Source: Octopus vulgaris (taxonomy: Eukaryota). Taken from it: DNA of 64,000 nt. Below, piece after piece: positions 12,594 to 25,653 of this stretch. The notes under the pieces are model-generated. The model was not told the DNA's origin and ran no database searches. It saw only the letters and a list, made by a program, of their open reading frames with translations. The DNA is taken from positions 69,006,001-69,070,000 of the forward strand of contig OX597817.1 in the NCBI GenBank assembly GCA_951406725.2. Direction: 5' to 3'. The first letter of the stretch is position 1; each line of letters begins with the position of its first letter. Both the position numbers and the translations under genes were made by a program.

Positions 12594-13128
12594 CAGGCAG
12601 ACATACAGTAAGACAGAGGTGATGACAGTGAAAATGTGTCAGGGTTAACATTAGATTAGTTATGAATCAGTATATCTATCAAAGTAGCCAATTCACAACA
12701 TAATTATTTTTGTTATTATTTTGATGTTTCCCTATATTAAATACATCATTATTAATTTAGCTATCTATCTGCATATCACTGTGTGTTGCGCAGCACATAA
12801 TTATTTCTTATTAGTAACTTCATGTTTCACTGTATTAAATATGATATCACTAATCTAACTATCTATCTGTATATTTCCCCATTTGGTGGTCTTAGAAATT
12901 AATCACTTTTCATTGGCAGTTTCGACAGGTGTTTTGTGATGGAGGCCTTGGCTGACCAAAGCTTTGGAAGTGGAATGGCATACAGTAATGGAAAGAAGCC
13001 CATATACATGTCTGTGTATGCATATGTGTGTGTGTAAATATATATATATTCATACAAACACACATACATATATATACATACATATATACACACACAGATA
13101 CATATCTATATATATTTATATACATACA

Positions 13129-13181
<53 letters not shown>

Positions 13182-13558
13182 TTTCATTGTGGTTTACATC
13201 TCCTTTGTTGGTATTTAGATGTGTACGTTTGCTAGATCCAGTAGGTGGGTTATTGAACTGTTGTTGCATCTTACTATTGTTTATGCAGTACATAAGCTGC
13301 TCTAAATTAGTTGATTTAGTGTAGGATACCTTCCCAGTGTGCCAATTAAAAATAGCATGCTAATGATTAGATTTAGGAAAACATTTGTCCAAAGTGGCAA
13401 AAAATTTTCCAGCAATCTTAGTTGAAACATTTGAACTAAAAATGTGTGTATATATGTATATATATATGCATATGTGTATATATGTTTATATATACACATG
13501 TGTATATATATATATATACAGTCAAAAATTGTGAAGCATGACTGTCAACACTACTACA

Positions 13559-13603
13559 TGAACCCGAAGATTGCAGAATTCAATGCATGAAAGTACTAGT
13601 TCA
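13559..13603 (+). ncRNA. minimal type I hammerhead-ribozyme-like motif (PLE type)
   Basis: UGAAC-CCGAAGA-UUGCA GAAUUCAA UGCAU-GAAA-GUAC-UA-GUUCA. Stem I is 5 bp, stem III AGUACU is palindromic, and the core has U4>C. Confidence 0.6.
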
Positions 13604-13765
13604 ATCAGAATGAATATTTAACATTCTACTATTTCATTTTATTTTATTCAATTATAATATATTATCTTATAATATATCATTATAAGATTGTAAATAAAAC
13701 GTGAAAATCAGACAAGGTTGGAATTCTTTTTATTAATATATTCTTCTATACACAATCACACACAC

Positions 13766-13810
<45 letters not shown>

Positions 13811-13874
13811 TCCCGGGTTGATTCGGGGTTAACCACAGTAAATAAGGTACTCAATACATAGCAGAGTAAAATTA

Positions 13875-14000
13875 ATTTATTATATAGAGGGAGCTTCTAC
13901 AGGACTAGAACTGTTTCATTCAAGAGAAATCATCAGGAAGCTTCCTGATGATTTCTCTTGAATGAAACAGTTCTAGTCCTGTAGAAGCTCCTTCTATATA

Positions 14001-14006
<6 letters not shown>
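13875..14006. repeat. 132-bp loopless palindrome with a CUGAUGA...GAAAC core on each strand
   Basis: Centre AAG|CTT at 13940/13941; 66-bp arms with one mismatch. Confidence 0.95.
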
Positions 14007-14041
<35 letters not shown>

Positions 14042-14532
14042 CATACATACCTATATTTATACATACACACATACTTAATCATCATCATTTAACCTCTGTT
14101 GTCCATGCTGGTATGGGTTGGATGGTGTGACAAGAGCTGCAAGGCAGGGGGCTGCACCAGACTCCAGTCTGATTTGACATGGTTTCTATGGCTGGATGCC
14201 GTTCTTTATGCCAATCACTTTACAGAGTGTGCTCATGGTCACTTTAAGTGGTGCTGTAAGAGTGCTCTTACATGGCACAGCACAGGCACTTTTACATGGT
14301 ACCACATGGGTGCTTTTACATGGCACCACCAGGATCAGTTTTAACACTTCTGCTGTGGGGTATGTATAGGTGTGTATATATGCATGTACATATATATATA
14401 TACATTTACACATATATGCATATATATACATATATACACACACACATGCATATATATATATATATATATATACACATGTGTATATATAAACATATATACA
14501 CATATGCATATATATACATATATACACACATT

Positions 14533-15770
14533 TTTAGTTCAAATGTTTCAACTAAGATTGCTGGAAAATTTTTTGCCACTTTGGACAAATGTTTTCCTAA
14601 ATCTAATCATTAGCATGCTAGTTTTAATCGGCACACCGGGAAGGTATCCTACACTAAATCAACTAATTTAGAGCAGCTTATGTACTGCATAAACAATAGT
14701 AAGATGCAACAACAGTTCAATAACCCACCTACTGGATCTAGCAAACGTACACATCTAAATACCAACAAAGGAGATGTAAACCACAATGAAAAACACCAAT
14801 TATGGTGAAATTGTAATAGTAGAAACAATTATGATCTAGCTAACATGGTAACAAGTCAGAAAATGAAGTCAGAACTGCCATGTATACAAATAAATATGGT
14901 AAATGCTCATGCAGAGAAAAATCAAAATGCCCATTGATGAACCTCTGTTTGAGTACAAACCTTGTATATAAATGTACTAGGCACACAAGAGATAGCTGAT
15001 TCATTTAAGAATCATTATCGCAACCGTGTCACTAGCGTCAAGAGAATCAATAAGAGACATTCAACATTTCTGGTTGATTTTGTATGATGACTGAAGGAAG
15101 ATAAAATTAAATATGAAATAATTTGGTGCATACTAAAGCATGCAAAACTGTACGACATCATTTCCAGGAGGTGCTGACTCTGCTCCAAGGAATCACTGTC
15201 TATTCTGTGAACCAATGAGAAGATCATTAATAGAATTTCTGAAAAACTCTCAAGTGTACTTTCATACAATGCAGTGGGAATGCATTTCAGTAACTGTTAA
15301 CATAATTCACTTTAAGGTTTGGATGAATTAAGTTTAGCTTTAACCTTCCCATTCTTATAAACTCCAAGTAGTAATTTAACTCGCTTTGTGAATGTGAGTG
15401 CACCAAACCACATGTGTGCATATGCTTGTAGGAGTGAATATATATGCTCCAAGCAGCTTGCGCGAGGGAGTTTATACATCCATATCTGTTGACGGTTATT
15501 TTTAATACTTTTCTCATTGTATTTCTCACTGTCTTCATTTCTTTTTTGCATCTGTGATTTTATTTTTTATCTATATAATGAAGATATTTCCTTTGTATTG
15601 TTGGTTTTCTTTCTACAAAATAAGAAGATACATTGCGGAACTGTTATTTTAATGAGTTGTATCTATTTATCACCTGATGAAACACATCTGCACTGCCGGA
15701 TACTCCTGAACCAGTTGTTTAGTGTGATTAATAAACATTGTCGCATATTCCATCTTTCATTTACCACATA
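14533..15770 (+). mobile_element. Penelope-like element remnant (RT thumb/linker, GIY-YIG endonuclease, pLTR-like tail)
   Basis: [76 protein letters not shown]...STFLVDFV, IIWCILKHAK...RRC*LCSKE...IINRISE match the PLE consensus. The tail has CTGATGA (about 15674) and AATAAA (about 15730). Confidence 0.85.
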
Positions 15771-16024
15771 TGCAAATATATATGTATATCTATGAGTATA
15801 TTTCCATGATTTGATATCGCGTGACATTTGTAAGCATCACCATTATACAAAGTGCCATTTGTTTCAAGTCTCTCATGGAAAACATATCCAGCTAAAGAGA
15901 AATACTACCTCACTTAGAAACAGGTAAAGATTGGCCACAGGAAAGGTATCCAGCTATAGCAAAATACCTGCCCCACCAAATACTGCCTGACCCATGCAAG
16001 CATGGGAAAGCAGACATTAGGTCA

Positions 16025-16207
16025 GCAATGGCAGTGGTGACAATGATGGTGATGGTGATGATGATGATGGTGGTGGTAGTGGTAGTGGTGGTGGTGGTGG
16101 TGATGATAATGATGATGAGGATGATGATGCTGATGATGATGATGTTGATGATGCTGATGATGATGTTGCTGATGATGAAGATAATGGCAATGATGATAAT
16201 GTTGATA

Positions 16208-16244
<37 letters not shown>

Positions 16245-16333
16245 CAATAATGATGATGATAATGTTGATGATGAAGATGATGACGATGACAACGACAATG
16301 ATGAAAATTATGATGATGATGATGATGATGACG
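16025..16333. repeat. (GAT/GGT)n compound trinucleotide tract at an RTE-type tail
   Basis: Direct inspection; it follows CCATGCAAGCATGGGAAAGCAGACATT. Confidence 0.95.
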
Positions 16334-16753
16334 TTTTGGTGTTTACTGTATTTAATATATTAACACTGACTTTATATTGGCTATTAGGTCAACATGTAAA
16401 CATTTACAACCTTCAATATTAACTGTCACTAAAGTAAATAGTGAAATGCTTTGATTTCTATGCTTTAACAAATAATTTCAAAATTAAGAAAGTTTGATTT
16501 GTAGCATTACATTATACTCCACTATACACCTATTTGTTTCCTTTGCTTTCTTTTCTTTTCACTTGTTAATATATAGACACACAGACAAATTCACATATAC
16601 ATTAACACATATACATACACACAAACAGTTATATGCCTATACACACACATTTATACATACACATGTGTGGGTGTAGGGATGAGAGTGGGTATCTATATAT
16701 CTATCTATTTATCTATCTATCTCTCTATCTCTCTATCTATCTATCTATCTCTA

Positions 16754-16796
<43 letters not shown>

Positions 16797-16840
16797 GTAT
16801 GTATGTAGATATATGTATATATAGTGTGTGTGCATTTGTA

Positions 16841-16881
<41 letters not shown>

Positions 16882-17394
16882 CGTGTGTGTGTGTGTGTGT
16901 ATATGTGCATATATATATATATATACATACTTTTACTCTTTTACCTGTGTCAGCCTGCAAGCTATACACGTTCACTCATACACACACACATGCACACACA
17001 TATACACACAAATTTATAGACTTATATATTCTAAATACATAGGTAACATGTCAAACAATATAATTTTGTGGACATTTTATTAAAACTATAGCCTAAGTAT
17101 TCAGTTGATTAATGTGCATTACTGTTTTGAAGACAGTATGAAATTAAATGGTTTTAAAGGAAGGCGCTAAAATATTATTTACAAACATCAAAGTCAAAAT
17201 ATTCACTCTGTCAGCACCATTTAGTTAAACGAATGGCTATTTATTAGCTTTTGTTGCTGTTTATAATGAGTATACAGTCCTTGGTTACACATGAATATAC
17301 AAAGGAAGTTGTTGCAATAGATATTGCTGTTCAGCTCCAGATCATTCTTGACCAAACAGAGCAATGTTGAAAGTGACTGCAAGAACTAATAATT

Positions 17395-17690
17395 TTCTCT
17401 TTGTGTGAGTTGAAGAAGATTTAGCTGTTATTTTTAGCAAGCCGTGCAACCACATAGAGATTTTTGCTATAGTTACTGTTGTTCAGCTCTAGATCAGTCT
17501 TAACCTTCTCTCTTTGTGTGAGTTGAAGGAGATTTAGCTGTTAGTTTTAGCAAGCCGTGCAATCACATAGAGATTTTTGTAATAGTTATTGTTGTTCAGC
17601 TCTAGATCAGTCTTGCCCTTCTCTCTTTGTGTGAGTTGAAAGAGATTTAGCTGTTACTTTTAGCATGCCATGCAACCACATAGTGATTTC
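17395..17690. repeat. 113-bp tandem repeat, about 2.6 copies
   Basis: TTGTGTGAGTTGAA starts at 17401, 17514 and 17627. Confidence 0.9.
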
Positions 17691-18088
17691 CTTGCTGCTT
17701 TATGAACAAATAGCTGAAACAATGTGTATGAATGCATGCTGAGATAGGATACCATTCGTTCAGAAACATAATATCTGAATGCTGAGCGTGATAAAGCTAG
17801 AGTGTCCAATAGTTAATCTAAATGGCAGTTGTCACTTTAGAATAATACAAATCCTGGTAAAATGATGGGGATTTAAAGATGGCCTCATTCTTGGAGAACT
17901 GACAGAGTTGTTAGGGGATTGGATAAAATGGTTTGCAGTATTTCTTCTGGCTCTTTATGCATTGAGATGATGTCCACCTGAAGTTAACTTGGCTTTTTGT
18001 TCCTCTAGGGTTAATATAATAAAGTATCATTTAAGTATAGGGGCCAATGGTATCAACCAAACACCCACCTCTAGAAAATTGCTGGCTT

Positions 18089-18140
<52 letters not shown>

Positions 18141-19614
18141 CTTAGGGTATCTACGAGATACTGCCATGCTGAAAATAGCAGCCATGATCTAACTCTAAAA
18201 CCACTTTAAGTGTTCATATAGCAACATGGAGAGAAGACAAAAAGACAAGATAAAACTAGTAAAAAATTACTGGATAATTCCAGATCCCAGATTTCTGACT
18301 TTGCATTTAGGAATGCTTTGCCTCATCAGTGGAATATACACAGAGAGAAACATAAATACATATATATATATATAAATACAACATACAAATACTTACATAT
18401 ACGAACGCACACATACATATATATGCACATATGCCTCACACACACATACATATATAGGTACAAGGCCAGCAATGCATGCATGTATGGACCTATGTATGCT
18501 TGTATGTATGTAAAGCTTCAGACATGGGTGTGTGGCTTATGAAATTTGCTTCTGAGCCATGTGCTTTCACGTTCAATTCCACTGCACACTACTTCGGGCA
18601 GCTGTTTTCTACCAGAGCCCTAGGCTGACCAAAACCCTGTAAGTGGATTTAGTAAACTAAATGCTTATCATGTGTATGTGTGTGTGTGTGTGAGTGTGTG
18701 TGAGTGTGTGTGAGTGTGTGTGTGTGTGTGTACTAGTGTGTGTATGTATTTGTTCATGTTCTTGTGTTAATTTAGCAAGTCGATTGTAAATGAACATCAT
18801 TTGTTTCCTTTCTTCTGTGGAAAACATAGGTTGTGGGAGAATATTACCTTACTTAAAAACAGATGAGAGTTGGCAGCAGGAAAGGCATCCAGCTGTATAA
18901 ACCAAATTCAACAAATTCTGCCCAAACCATGCATATTATGATGATGATGTAGATACATTATGGACAATACACACATACACACAAACAGTGGGTCTCTGCT
19001 CAGTTTTTGTCAACAAAATTTCACTCACAAGGTATAAGTCAATCCAAGACTAGAGTAGAAGATATTTTCCCCAAGGTAGAGAGCTTTGAGCTTGAATCCA
19101 GAAGCATGTATATGCATACAAAACAAACTTTATTTGCTAACATAAAAGGTGGAGTTCAATAAAAGTAAGTTGAAGTAATGTCTGTACATTAATGACATTT
19201 ACTGTTGAGTAGAGGAGATTTAGTTGCGCTGTTGTGGAGATGTAAGTAGTTGACACTTGATAAGAGAAGAGAAGGTGTTGTGGGCTGATAATGGAATGTA
19301 GCAATGGCAGCGAAGAACGACCAAGGATAAAGCAATAATGTGTTTGAATCTGAAAATACTGGACCTAACAGATGAGGTGATAAAACATTGAGAAGAATGG
19401 TAGTTTTTACAATTTTGCTGTTTTTATTTGTAATGATTTAGTCTGAAGGGAAAGGGCAGTGCTAATGACAGCTTTTAGCTCTTTCAAGATAGGTAAGAAT
19501 AAAGGAGAAAGTTACTCTTGGAACAGAAACCTAAGCTTTATGTTTGTGATAAAAGTGTATTCAGGTAAAGGTGTCCAGACCCAGATAGAAGGGTTAAATC
19601 AAGTGCCAAATTAA

Positions 19615-19834
19615 CCCTTTTGCATTTAAACAGGCCATATCAGGTGCAAATATTCAACCTGTTTTATGTTCAAACCAGTCAGATCCTGCCTCTCACACCT
19701 ACCTTATAATGTCATTCAAAAAATAGATAATTACATCATTGAAATTTCAAAGCTACAAGATAATGCATAGTTAATTCAAAGTAATGTGAATGAATAAGCA
19801 TCACATTTGACAAAGTAATCTGAATGCTAAAGGG
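19615..19834. mobile_element. uninterrupted 220-bp piggyBac-type TTAA MITE
   Basis: TTAA|CCCTTTTGCATT...AATGCTAAAGGG|TTAA. Confidence 0.85.
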
Positions 19835-21913
19835 TTAAGCTTGTCATCCAAAATGCTTATACAGCAGACCACTCCAATCAGCAGAAAACATTTTGTATCA
19901 AAATGATGATCAGCATGATCTAAATGGCAGCTGTCACTTTAGAATAACACAATTCCTGATAAAAAAAAAAGATGTAGATTTAAAAACTGCTTCATACTTC
20001 AAGAGTTGACAAAATTGTTATAGGAGATTGGAAATAATGCTTTGCAATATTTCTTCTGGTTCTTTATGCTGTGAATTCAAATTCCACTGACGTGCGGCAA
20101 GATCAAACCATTGACTTACAGATACAATCGATCTGACAGTTTCCATACACTTAATTTTACTCACAAGCTATGGGTCAACCCATGGCATTTCCTGGAGACA
20201 CCACAAGTAGAATTGAAACTGAGACCTCATGACTGCAAAGCAAACTTCTGGTTTCCAAATAATTATTATTGCTTTTTTCAGTTTTTTGGCTCCCTGTTAC
20301 ATCAGATATACAATAATATTTTTATAACCATTAATTTATTCCACTCAATGCTAGGCTTGTTCGTAGAATTCCTTTTAGAAGAAGTATATCCCTAACATTA
20401 GTCAGTTTACAACAAATCCAATAAAGGCAAACTTGTATTTCAGATTCGTGGTCTGATCTCCAAAAACATAAAATATGGGTTTCTACTTTTGATCTTATAT
20501 ACAAATGCCAAATGATTCCATTGATTTCTAGTCGCTCCATCTCTGGTTGTAAATAACAATAACAGCAAGGAATAGTTAGGGTAGTTGCAAGAACTAAATG
20601 TCTTTGATAAAACTAGTCACTCAAGGCTATGTACGACATGTTAAAGATCATAATTTATAAACCATGACAGCAATATAGCAATGTGCCTGTTCATATGCCA
20701 GACACAGTCTTCCATTTAATCAATCAGCTAAACAGGAAAATAATTACCACAACCATCGTTTTTCTGAGATGGAACTACACCAAACATCTATAGAAATAAG
20801 TTGCATGAAAATCTTAGATTTCTGTGACAATCAACCTCACTTTAAACTGAAAGAAAAGTGGATTCACATGAATTTATCAAAATATCACAGCAGGTTGATT
20901 AAAACATGGGGATTTGGAAATCTAAACTTAAAGACATAGAGTTGATGCAACAAACAAAAGTTTGAATAAACTCATTTTGTTTGTCTTCTCAGGAACCATG
21001 GATGACAATTTAATTCCTTGGTGCATGATGAGTTTAATGTGAAATGAATGGTGACTCATCAGACATCATCACAAACTTACTAAATCAAAACTATGGCTCA
21101 AATTAATGACATCATTGAATGACTGTGAGCTCTACTTTGATCTGTGACTCAGTACTAGAATGGTTTCTAGTTTCTCTTCCCAAAGCTTTTGAGAAGAATT
21201 GAAAACAGCAAGTCAAGCTAATGAAACAGTTCTAAATTAAAAAATTTTCTCACTTCTAATAATGGTAAAGCTGTAAATTTACTCCTTGGTTGGTACCTAT
21301 TTATAGTCAAGTGGAGTGAGCCATTTAAAAATTAAATGTCTTTTCTTTGAACGCTGTGGCTCACTGTTGGTAATGAGATACAAAATGGAAATTGTTCAAC
21401 TGGAAATCACAATAATCTATCAAATGAAACATCTGTGGTAATCCATTCCTCATTAAAAATAAATGAATAAATATGTTAATTAACAAAAGAAATATAAAAA
21501 GAACAATAACATGAAATAAATCACTTTCCTATTTAATTTTTCTTAAAAGTTTTTATAAAGAAATTAATAAGTTTCCATATTAACATTTTCAGAGACAGTT
21601 TTCTACATATTTTTTGGTTTTGTTTCTGTGCAATGTAATTGCATTCTTCATATTTTCATGAACAGCAGTTGCAAGTAGAAGCACTCTCTTTATCAGAATT
21701 TGTAATATCTGTTTCTGCAAGGTGAATGATATTTAAGGGCTACCAGATTAACAGCACTAAGGATTATGCAAGAATGTATAACAAAAACTTAAAATTTTGC
21801 AAGAAGATTAAACATACACACACACACACACATATATATATGCATATATTCATGCATACATAAATATATATACATACAGACACATACATACATATATATA
21901 TACATAAATACAT

Positions 21914-21944
<31 letters not shown>

Positions 21945-22488
21945 CACATACATAGCTGCTAAACCGTTTTTATTTTCTCTTTCTGTTTATTTCTGTGTTC
22001 CTTTCTATTGAAGAGCATAGGCTCAAAATGTAAAAGGCTTTCTCAATTCCTGAGCGTTAAACTAATACATCTATTTGTCGCATACACACCAGTCTTCATC
22101 TTTTGTTTCATTTGTTTTTTGTAAATTCCAACTACATATATATATATATATAGTAGAAATATGTTACGAAAATATATACATACCCACACACATTACATAC
22201 ACACACACACACTCATATCTGCTCCTTTTCATTATGGGATGTTCTTTTTTGCTTTGCAAGCTGTAAGGCATCCCTCACACTGCTGGTGACAAAAAATATA
22301 AAAAACCGAAGTCAGAATACCATAAAGTGGTTGGTGGCTTCCAGACATAGAAACCATGCCAAAAATAACACATTGAAAGAAGATATAGTCCTGTGGTCCA
22401 TTGAATTTTGTTCAATCATTTTACTCATACTAGCATGGAAAGCCAATGTAAAAGATGACATTGATGATCATCATGTCATCACCAGGAT

Positions 22489-22529
<41 letters not shown>

Positions 22530-23144
22530 TTAACATCTACATTTTCTATGCTAGTATGGGTTAGACAAGTCTTATTGAGGCAATTTTTCTCTGGCTGAGT
22601 GCTCTCTCTGTTGCTAACCCTCCCTTGTTTCCAAATAAATGACAACTTTCTAATATTCATTACTAAGGAGGTAAGTTGGCAGAATCGTTAGCACACAAGA
22701 CAAAATGCTTAACGGTATTTCATCAAACTTTACAATCTGAATTCAAATTCCACTGAGGTCTACTTTGCCTTTCATCCTTTCGAGAAGCAATAATATTATA
22801 AGTACCAGTTAAACACTGGGGGTGATATATATAATCAATTTACCATTTACCCCCTTGCTCAAACTTGCTGACTTTATGCCGAAATTAGAAACCAATATTC
22901 CTTAGTTTTCTTATCTTTAAAAATCAAAATTTCAAAAGCAATAAAAGAAATAGTGTTAAAGTAGGTGGAGGAGAAGGAAGAGGCAGGTAGCCAAATTTGG
23001 CTCTAAACTTAAACTGGTACTTGAACCAGGAAAGTCAAACAGTCAAATATTACAACCTCGGTACTTGAAGGTTCTCATTTTATTGATCTCAGAAGAATAA
23101 ATGATAAAGGAGAACATCCATTTTCCATGCTGGCATGGGCTGGA

Positions 23145-23924
23145 CACAAAATTTCTTTTCCCACGAGAGTTCTGGACCCCAGTTGTGAAATCATTTGCAT
23201 ACAGCCAATCAGAGCTCAACTATCAAACTCATTTATGAGTGCATAACAAGTAATGGGCAATAAGATAAGGTCACTTGGGTAAGGAATGACCAATGCTTCT
23301 TGTTCTTGTTCTTATTTCAACCATGGCTGTTTCTGCATAGTTATTTGTGTTGTTTACTTTCTAAAACAGTGAAGGGAGAGGGTTGCTAGTACATCACCCT
23401 CTATCCACTTTTTTCCCATCCACATCTTTACCATATGGGGCCCTAACAAAATCCAATAATAGGTATAGATGCAAATCTATCTAATTACTTGTCTCCTTCT
23501 AAAATCAGGCAAAACTTGGTGATTGGTCGACTTACAACATCGTTTTTCATTTTGAGTTTACTTGGTAGAGTGTGTTTGTTAAGGCAGTGAGCTGGCAGAA
23601 ATGTTAGCATGCCAGGCGAAATGCTTAGCGGTATTTCATCTGCCGTTACGTTCTGAGTTCAAATTCCACCGAGGTCGACTTTGCCTTTCATCCTTTTGGG
23701 GTCAATAAAATAAGTACTAGTTATGCATTGGAGTCGATGTAATTGACTTAATCCCTTTGTCTGTCTTTGTTTGTCTCGTCTATGTTTAGCCCCTTGTGGG
23801 CAATAAAGAAATAAGAGTGTGTTCATTAACTTGACAGCAAGGTCAAAGGTAAGTTCTGATTGATTGCATGCAAATGAGCTCATTACTGGGGTCTGGAACT
23901 CTCGTAGAAAAAAAAAATTTTGCA
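23145..23924. mobile_element. non-autonomous DNA transposon with about 70-bp TIRs and 7-9 bp TSD, carrying a SINE
   Basis: Left CACAAAATTTCTTTTCCCACGAGAGTTCTGGACCCCAG...ATTTGCATACAGCCAATCAGAGCT mirrors the right end. GGCTGGA is duplicated at 23138-23144 and 23925-23931. Confidence 0.8.
23582..23813 (+). mobile_element. Deu/Nin-type SINE
   Basis: Well-preserved copy, flanked by AGAGTGTGTTTGTTAA and AGAGTGTGTTCATTAA. Confidence 0.85.
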
Positions 23925-24339
23925 GGCTGGACAGTTTGATCAGAGCTAGCAAGCCAGAGTGCTGCATCAGGTTCTAGTCTAACTTAGCTTGGTTTCTATG
24001 GCTCAGTGCCCTTTCTAATGGCAACCACTTTACACTTTTCAGATGCTTTTAATATGGCACTGGCATGAGCGCTTTTACATGGCGCGAGCACGACTGCCTT
24101 TTATGCGGCATTGGCACAGGACTTTTGCTGGCCAATCCTTTTCATCAGGATGTGCAGCCTTGAAACATCTGCTATGGAGAATTGCTAGTAAAAATAAAAC
24201 TATTTCTTTTACTGTATAAAAGAAAAAGCAGCAAGTAATTCAAACCAAATTCAAGAAGCGGTAACATGTAGTAACATGTAACATAATCATTTATATGTGC
24301 ACCATTGTGGTATGTTGCTAATACAGTTAACTTAACAGG

Positions 24340-24925
24340 ATTTCTCTCTTTTCCTCTCCCCCATTCTTTCTTTTTCTATCTCTCCCTCACCTCCTTGCTA
24401 GCTGTCTTTCGTTTCTATCTCTCTCCTACGTTCTCTCTCTCATCCACTTTCTCTCTCTGTCTCTCTGTCTCACACACACTTTATCCTTCTCTCTCTCTCA
24501 CACACAATTTATCTCTCTCTCTCATTCTTGTTTGCTCTCTCTCTCTCTCTCTCATTTTTATCTCTCTTCCACTTTCTCTCTTTCTATTTCTCTCATTTCT
24601 TTCTCTCTCCCACTTTCTCTCTCTCTCTCACACACACAATCTATCCCTCTCTCTCCCTCTCCTTCCTGCTTGCTCTATCTCATTTCTATCTCTATCCCAC
24701 TATCTTTCTCTCTCTCTCTCTCACAATTTGTCCCTCTCTGTCTCTCCCCTCCTTGCTTGCTCTCTATCTCATTGCAATCTCTCTCCCACTTTCTCTCTCC
24801 TTCTCCCTCTCTCTCCTCTTTCTCTCTCTCTCCAACTTCCTCTCTCCACTTTCTCTCTCTCCAACTTTCTATCTCACATATCTATCCCCCACCCCCTCTC
24901 TCTGTCTCTCCCCTCCCCCATCTTG
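24340..24925. repeat. CT-rich low-complexity tract
   Basis: About 580 bp of near-polypyrimidine (CT)n-derived sequence. Confidence 0.9.
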
Positions 24926-25450
24926 TTTCTACTCAAATATGGGAGAAAGATTTTATGAGGCATGTGTATGAAATAAGACGATGACGATGATGTATCTGCG
25001 GTGAAATATGGACAGTGATTTGCAACATATCATGAACAATTGCCGAGAAATGAGGTAGATATGAATTGCTGGAGGTTGGCTAATCTTAATTTATGAGGAA
25101 AGCTGAGGACAAGTTGAAAATTTAACGAACTGAACGTCATACGACATTGGCTGAAGATGGTAAAGAAAGATGAGTGTACTGGTAAGAATAGATTATCAGG
25201 AATGCACTGGGAGGGAAAAGTACTTTCAGTTGATAATGATGATCGATGATGATGATGATGATGATGATGATGACGATGATGAGGACAATGATGATGATGA
25301 GGATGATGATGATGATGACGACGATAATGTTGACAGCTATGATGATGATCTGTGATACAGGTGAATATATAGCAAAATAGAAAATAGAGGTGAATGTGTG
25401 TATGCATATATGTTTGTATGCGTATATAAATATATATACGTATACATACA

Positions 25451-25570
<120 letters not shown>

Positions 25571-25653
25571 TATGTATGTATATATTTATACATATATGTA
25601 TATGTGTGCTTGTGTATGTATTTATGTATATATATATGTGTAATATGTATGTA

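Larger units (their letters stand above)
13179..14794. repeat. recent inverted duplication, arms 13179-13518 and 14457-14794
   Basis: The arms are reverse complements. I count three substitutions and one TA-unit indel. Confidence 0.95.

Noticed and set aside
16017-16363. Poly-Ser/Met/Asp ORFs (also 25137-25451, 27856-28338, 31299-31666, 55981-56311)
   Set aside because: Translations of trinucleotide microsatellites.
20975-21160. Acceptor-like TTGTCTTCTCAG with ATG and two TGACTCA (AP-1-like) sites
   Set aside because: The ORF closes after 14 codons, and short motifs alone do not support a regulatory call.
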